In this document: in pieces, positions 15,715-20,000 of the stretch
Layout: every line of letters starts with the position of its first letter
Position numbering within the stretch: the stretch's first letter is position 1
Virus record (IMG/VR): IMGVR_UViG_3300032607_001790
Source: an uncultured virus (IMG/VR IMGVR_UViG_3300032607_001790)
Lineage: Duplodnaviria > Heunggongvirae > Uroviricota > Caudoviricetes
Reading direction: 5' to 3' (one strand)
Length of the DNA: 20,000 nt
Notes under the pieces: generated by a model
Seen by the model: only the letters and a program-made list of their open reading frames with translations
What the model was told of the DNA's origin: nothing
Databases searched by the model: none
Position numbers and translations under genes: made by a program

Positions 15715-16194
15715 TCAGGCCGTTTGCCATTGCCCCATAGGAAATGGAAGGATTGGCATATCTTTTTCATGCAGTGGCAATGCTCGTTGTGTCGCTTCAC
15801 ACCAAGCTTCCCAGTCTGATAAATCAGTATGCGCACTAACAAAACTATTATTATAAATCCAACTCATTAATATCTCTTCGCGAGATTGTGACCAGAAACG
15901 TTGAGGACGCCACCATTCAAATAATGGTGAATTGCCCTTACTTGCATTGCAATTTAAACAGGAAGGAGTATTGTTCCATTTTGCGAAGTGTGGTCCTCCT
16001 TTGCTCTTTGGTATGATGTGATCAATAGTTAATTTCTCAGTCCATTTCCCGCAATAAGCGCAAGCACAATGTCCTAATGGTCCTTTCGTTGGGAAATCTT
16101 CAAAAATGCTCTTTCGATATCGACGTTTTGCATCACCAGGACGTAGTTCAGAAAGCGAATGGAGGAGTTCTTCAGGCCCATTGCTTATCCCCAT
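15715..16194 (-). CDS. HNH endonuclease
   Basis: CAYCG...LTIDHIIPKSKGG...N..PSCLNCNASKG; start moved to ATG 16194. Confidence 0.88.
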   Translation of the reverse strand: MGISNGPEELLHSLSELRPGDAKRRYRKSIFEDFPTKGPLGHCACAYCGKWTEKLTIDHIIPKSKGGPHFAKWNNTPSCLNCNASKGNSPLFEWWRPQRFWSQSREEILMSWIYNNSFVSAHTDLSDWEAWCEATQRALPLHEKDMPILPFPMGQWQTA

Positions 16195-16284
16195 GGTGAT
16201 ATTTGCTTGGCTTGTTTTAAGCTTAAAGCCTAATTTAATTGATAGTGGAAGTTGTAGAATGAATAAAAGGATTGATTTATTATC

Positions 16285-16494
16285 ATGAAAGACTGGCAGG
16301 CAAAACTTGCGGATTTTGCGGTGGTGCTTACTGCCGGGATGCTTCTTGCCACTGGCAGCATGATGATGAGCGTAGGACATCAGCAGGTGAAAATCACCAC
16401 TCAAGTGGAAAATATCACGGAAAAGCTTGATGTATTAACCGAAAGCATGAAAGGATTAGAAGAACGTGTGCGTTCTCTAGAAATAAAGCGCTAA
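16285..16494 (+). CDS. TM plus coiled-coil protein (holin/lysis accessory-like)
   Basis: N-terminal TM; C-terminal LEERVRSLE; located upstream of the endolysin. Confidence 0.65.
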   Translation: MKDWQAKLADFAVVLTAGMLLATGSMMMSVGHQQVKITTQVENITEKLDVLTESMKGLEERVRSLEIKR

Positions 16495-16519
16495 ACTTTA
16501 TCTAAACGCTTTTATTCTT

Positions 16520-16663
16520 ATGGAACCAATTCAATGGTTTATTATTGGTGGCATCCTTGTTGCTGCTGCAGACCAAATTCTTGACAATTCCCCATGGAAA
16601 AGCAACAACATTTTGCAATTGATCATGGATACGCTTAAGACTTTCTTTCGCGCTAGCAAGTGA
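16520..16663 (+). CDS. 47-aa holin-like membrane protein (MEPIQWFIIGGILVAAADQILDNSPWKSNNILQLIMDTLKTFFRASK)
   Basis: Translated by hand; TM plus KSNN.LQL; GTGA overlap with the endolysin. Confidence 0.7.
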   Translation: MEPIQWFIIGGILVAAADQILDNSPWKSNNILQLIMDTLKTFFRASK

Positions 16664-17619
16664 CTACTGTTGCCAACACTTGGCAAGGTGTTAGCCTCTA
16701 CTCTCAAAAGGTAGGGGCTAAATTTCCTGATTTAGTAGCAGCTCAATGGGCAGTGGAAAGTGGCTTTGGGAAGCACTTCTCTGGTGCAAATAATCCATTT
16801 GGCCTTAAAGGGCATGGAACAAAACGTACCACGCAAGAATGGTACGATGGTCAATGGGTAACAATTCAAGACGGCTTTATTGATTTCCCTAGCTTAGCTG
16901 TTGCCATTGATTATTTAGTTAAACATTGGTATAAGGATTGGCAATCATATAAAGGAATAAATAGAGCAGCTAATCGTTACGCCGCTGCTCGTATGCTAAA
17001 AGAACAAGGTTATGCTACTGATCCTGATTATCCGGTGAAGCTATCAAAATTAATGAAGGAATATGCCCCTGAAACTGCTACTCCCATTGAGCCTAAAATT
17101 ATGACACTCGTCGGACCCAAGAAACGCCCTCAAGATTTTGGTTTTAAAGCTGGTGATCATCATTTAGTAGTGAATGATGCCAATGAAACCATGAAAGCTT
17201 TTTCTTTTAGTGGAACGCTTCTATGGCAAATTCCTTGCTTAGCTCGTGGGCAATATTCAGATAAAGAATGGACGATTACTAATTCTGACACTCCCGTAGG
17301 TTTATATCGCATTGGTGCTATTTATCGTGATTATGAAAACGCAGGAGATAATCCTGCATATGATCGCACTTTAATGAGTTATGGCTGGTATAGCTTAGAT
17401 ATGGTAGAACTAGAGAATCAAGAAGCAAAACATGGCAGGGCTGGAATTATGATTCATTCGGGAGGTTCTCAATGCGGTTGGCCTGGGGCATGGGCACCAA
17501 ATCAGCAATTGTTCCCTACATATGGATGCGTACGTTGTAAAAACATTGATCTGCGTGATAAAATTGTACCATTAACTAAAACTGGAGCAATATTTGTTAG
17601 TGTTTACCAAGAAATATGA
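16660..17619 (+). CDS. endolysin: GH73 glucosaminidase plus YkuD L,D-transpeptidase-like domain
   Basis: AQWAVESGFG, NNPFGLK, GYATDP.Y; C-terminal TPVGLYRIG...IMIHSGG...TYGCVR. Confidence 0.85.
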   Translation: MTTVANTWQGVSLYSQKVGAKFPDLVAAQWAVESGFGKHFSGANNPFGLKGHGTKRTTQEWYDGQWVTIQDGFIDFPSLAVAIDYLVKHWYKDWQSYKGINRAANRYAAARMLKEQGYATDPDYPVKLSKLMKEYAPETATPIEPKIMTLVGPKKRPQDFGFKAGDHHLVVNDANETMKAFSFSGTLLWQIPCLARGQYSDKEWTITNSDTPVGLYRIGAIYRDYENAGDNPAYDRTLMSYGWYSLDMVELENQEAKHGRAGIMIHSGGSQCGWPGAWAPNQQLFPTYGCVRCKNIDLRDKIVPLTKTGAIFVSVYQEI

Positions 17620-18014
17620 GCAAAGATATTCCATTTAATGCATCATGCTATGAGCTAGCTTTATTCGCTATTCGCAAATGGCCTTCACTTGCCTTTAATC
17701 CATGGGTCAAAGCTTTATTGGCTTGGTGCAAGCCTGACTGGGCGCAATGGAAAACCGAACAAACTATAAAGAAAGTAGATGAGCAAGTTGTAGAATTAGT
17801 GAAGCAATGGGAAAAAGAAGAAAGGGTTGTAATTGCAACAAAGCTTGCAGAGAAGGCTAAGGAGCTGTTCCCTGCTGCTGAAATCACGCCCATGCCCAAT
17901 GCCATCGTTCCTTCTGTGATGATCGTTCACGAGGCTCCTGATAGTGCTAGCGATGGGGTGAAAGCATTAGGTGGCGAATTACGCATCACTTGGACTTTAG
18001 ATGGTTTAGGCTAA
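17616..18014 (+). CDS. hypothetical protein
   Basis: ATGA overlap with the endolysin stop. Confidence 0.75.
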   Translation: MSKDIPFNASCYELALFAIRKWPSLAFNPWVKALLAWCKPDWAQWKTEQTIKKVDEQVVELVKQWEKEERVVIATKLAEKAKELFPAAEITPMPNAIVPSVMIVHEAPDSASDGVKALGGELRITWTLDGLG

Positions 18015-18076
18015 AAAAAGGTATTTTGTTTCCATGGAAATCATTGTTGGTTTGATAATGTTTTCCTTAGGAATGA

Positions 18077-18457
18077 CTATGGCAAGTCGCATGTATCATC
18101 ATTGCGTTCATCAATATCATCCTTCTTGCAAGGCTTCTGTTCAGCTTCAAGACCTTGATGGATAAGATTATGCAATTGCATATAATGCGCTAATCCATCG
18201 CCATAATCAAGATCAAAAACATCGTACATAGCATAACGATACGAACCTCTATCCAATACTTCCGCTTTGTACATTAACTTTGTGATTTGCCTAAATGCTT
18301 GGCTTTTATCATCACCATTAAGGCTATCCCACCAAGCATCATCTTCAGCATTCTGACACTTTTCAGCTTCGTTCCATGCTTTGCGTAAAGCTTTTAGCTC
18401 AGGAGAATTTATCCATTTAGTTGCGGATTGGTCATTATTTGGCGTAGTGTCTCCCAT
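18077..18457 (-). CDS. phage hypothetical protein
   Basis: WWDSL...AF...GSYRYAMYDVF pattern; start uncertain. Confidence 0.7.
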   Translation of the reverse strand: MGDTTPNNDQSATKWINSPELKALRKAWNEAEKCQNAEDDAWWDSLNGDDKSQAFRQITKLMYKAEVLDRGSYRYAMYDVFDLDYGDGLAHYMQLHNLIHQGLEAEQKPCKKDDIDERNDDTCDLP

Positions 18458-18621
18458 TTCAATGCTTCATTCTGATGATAATCATACCACCCTTCAATAG
18501 CTTCAAGCAATCCCTCGCGAGCTTTAACTGGTCCTTCATGCATCAATTCTTGCAATGCATCAGAAATTAATTCCACTTGGGCTTTGTAATGGTCGTCCAT
18601 AGCGATAAAGCCTGAGGCCAT
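18409..18621 (-). CDS. hypothetical protein
   Basis: 70-aa helical ORF in the minus-strand operon. Confidence 0.65.
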   Translation of the reverse strand: MASGFIAMDDHYKAQVELISDALQELMHEGPVKAREGLLEAIEGWYDYHQNEALKWETLRQIMTNPQLNG

Positions 18622-18654
18622 AGATTTTCTATGGTAAATACCATCATAATGGTT

Positions 18655-18783
18655 TTATGCTTCCAATTCAATCATTTGACCATTTTCTAATTCCATATAT
18701 GAGCCATCTTCCATCATCAAATAAAGACGTGTAATGCCACGACTAAGCGCATTGTGAAAAGCAAGAGCAATGGCAAGAATCAT
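18655..18783 (-). CDS. 42-aa structural-type microprotein (MILAIALAFHNALSRGITRLYLMMEDGSYMELENGQMIELEA)
   Basis: Translated by hand; TAATG coupling to the spike-base gene; LxxEDG/LENG repeats. Confidence 0.7.
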   Translation of the reverse strand: MILAIALAFHNALSRGITRLYLMMEDGSYMELENGQMIELEA

Positions 18784-19115
18784 TACAAAATCCCCACTAA
18801 GCCGGAAGCAGTAGTGGAAGAAGATCTAATTCTTTTTACTTGCAATGGTAAAAAACTACCACCTGGTACATTGAACAAAGTGACTGGATTTGTATCGCCA
18901 GAACAAATAAGGCTGATATTACCAGTAAATCCTACATATACACCTGTAGTAATGGACGCTAAATCTGCTCCATCATTAGGGGTTATAGCAAATGCAAATC
19001 CACCTTGCAACCCATCTACATCCACTTCTCCTTCTACATTTACTGCGCTGCCATCAATGTCGCCTTTAATTAAAAAGGCTTCATACTGCTCGCCGCTAAC
19101 AATGTTTTGGGCCAT
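18783..19115 (-). CDS. head spike base protein, RcGTA Rcc01079-like
   Basis: AFAITPNDGADL....GVYVG..GNI...NVPGGSFLPLQVKRI....TTA.GLV. Confidence 0.75.
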   Translation of the reverse strand: MAQNIVSGEQYEAFLIKGDIDGSAVNVEGEVDVDGLQGGFAFAITPNDGADLASITTGVYVGFTGNISLICSGDTNPVTLFNVPGGSFLPLQVKRIRSSSTTASGLVGIL

Positions 19116-19150
19116 GGTAATTTTTATTTATTTCATTCATCTTAATGGTT

Positions 19151-19297
19151 TTAGCCGTTACCTTGTCCTCTCATTGGCTTCTTACCTTTTCGCCTTGGAC
19201 GTGAATGCTTGCCTTGACCAATGGAAGTTAATTTAGGAACTCCAGGCTTATGGTCACGCTTGAGCCCTGCATTACCACCTTTGCTTTTTACTGTCAT
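19151..19297 (-). CDS. 48-aa basic microprotein (MTVKSKGG...IGQGKHSRPRRKGKKPMRGQGNG)
   Basis: Translated by hand; GAGG upstream; the RGQG ending is recognised from cyanophage microproteins. Confidence 0.75.
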   Translation of the reverse strand: MTVKSKGGNAGLKRDHKPGVPKLTSIGQGKHSRPRRKGKKPMRGQGNG

Positions 19298-19472
19298 CCT
19301 GCCTCTAGGAAATACTGTGCATCATTAATGCGTATTGGCACTCGTTTGTTGACTGCCATTACTCTAGTAAATATTATACCCCCATGCGGCAACGTTGATC
19401 GAAGTGTCTGCCGCAGCAACAAGGATTTTAATTACAGATCAAGATGTTGGTGCACCTAGTCTAGCGAATTGC

Positions 19473-19496
19473 AACCCCGTGGAAATCCACGGGGTT
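19473..19496. repeat. perfect 11-bp inverted repeat
   Basis: AACCCCGTGGA-AA-TCCACGGGGTT with no U-tract. Confidence 0.75.
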
Positions 19497-19519
19497 AGTA
19501 GAGGCGTTGACTTATCGGT

Positions 19520-19819
19520 TTAGAGAGCTGCATAAATTTTCCATGCAGGACGACACCGCCCACGAGCTTGATCTAAATAGCCATCTTTAGTCCAGGTTTT
19601 TAAACGTGCTGCTTTTAGTGCATCGAGATAAGGCTTAGCTTCTAATTTACTTTCAAATTTTTTTGGCGGTGTTGACGCACCAAATCTTTGAATGTCTTCT
19701 GTGTCAAGAGGTGATGCTGTTGTCCAGGAGTCTTCAATAGAAGTAGTTGTTTCTGAAACGTAATGAACCCATCCTGGCTCATACGCATAGTCACGGATTT
19801 CGTATACTGTGGTGGTCAT
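19520..19819 (-). CDS. hypothetical protein
   Basis: GGAG RBS; TTTTGTTG-TAATAT promoter-like motif at 19872-19885. Confidence 0.75.
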   Translation of the reverse strand: MTTTVYEIRDYAYEPGWVHYVSETTTSIEDSWTTASPLDTEDIQRFGASTPPKKFESKLEAKPYLDALKAARLKTWTKDGYLDQARGRCRPAWKIYAAL

Positions 19820-19910
19820 GATCTCCAGGGGATTGTGGCCGGGGGCAGGAGGTTACACTCGCTGCCCTGCCATATTACAACAAAAGTGTCAGACGCAGGA
19901 GTGAAGGGAA

Positions 19911-20000
19911 CTACGCGCCGGGGAACGGATATTTTTCTTTTACCGCAATACACGCTGCTTTATATGCGGCAATTTGTGCGGCATCATCCTTGGCAATACC
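19911..20000 (-). CDS. C-terminus of a tail-fibre-assembly-like protein (...AQIAAYKAACIAVKEKYPFPGA)
   Basis: Translated by hand; AVKxKYP ending; start lies outside the window. Confidence 0.55.
   Translation of the reverse strand, partial: GIAKDDAAQIAAYKAACIAVKEKYPFPGA

Noticed and set aside
16195..16404. N-terminal 70 aa of the HNH ORF as given in the track
   Set aside because: Overlaps the divergent promoter region and the 16285 gene; ATG 16194 is more plausible
18034..18165. 43-aa hydrophobic + strand ORF (MEIIVGLIMFSLGMT...)
   Set aside because: Possible, but it overlaps a convergent gene by 89 nt and has no RBS; not enough support
18754..19236. 160-aa + strand ORF
   Set aside because: Antisense to the spike-base and RGQG genes

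Overview
The window looks like a tailed dsDNA phage genome segment, most likely a siphovirus-like cyanophage of Synechococcus/Cyanobium; the host is inferred from gene families (Thy1-type ThyX, RlpA, KGFG/RGQG microproteins) and is not proven. Leftward arm (1-9480): a coupled HNH / SF2 helicase / ORF3 cassette, rlpA, many small hypotheticals, an HTH terminase-small-like gene and a Zn-TOPRIM-AAA primase-helicase. Rightward arm (9622-15714): RHH regulator, Sak/DUF1071 annealing protein, PD-(D/E)XK exonuclease, SSB-like protein, Dcd-family protein, endonuclease, thyX and DUF3310. These are followed by an HNH, a lysis cassette and head-spike/structural microgenes. Best leads: (1) a complete dnaX/lambda-G-T-style -1 frameshift signal at the 3' end of the Sak gene; (2) a stand-alone ~135-165 nt structured RNA with its own promoter and terminator; (3) a ~300 nt multi-hairpin element plus 21-nt-phased repeats next to the primase gene (origin or ncRNA); (4) a Dcd homolog with the catalytic Glu replaced by Cys. 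All family calls come from motif recognition by eye; no searches were run.
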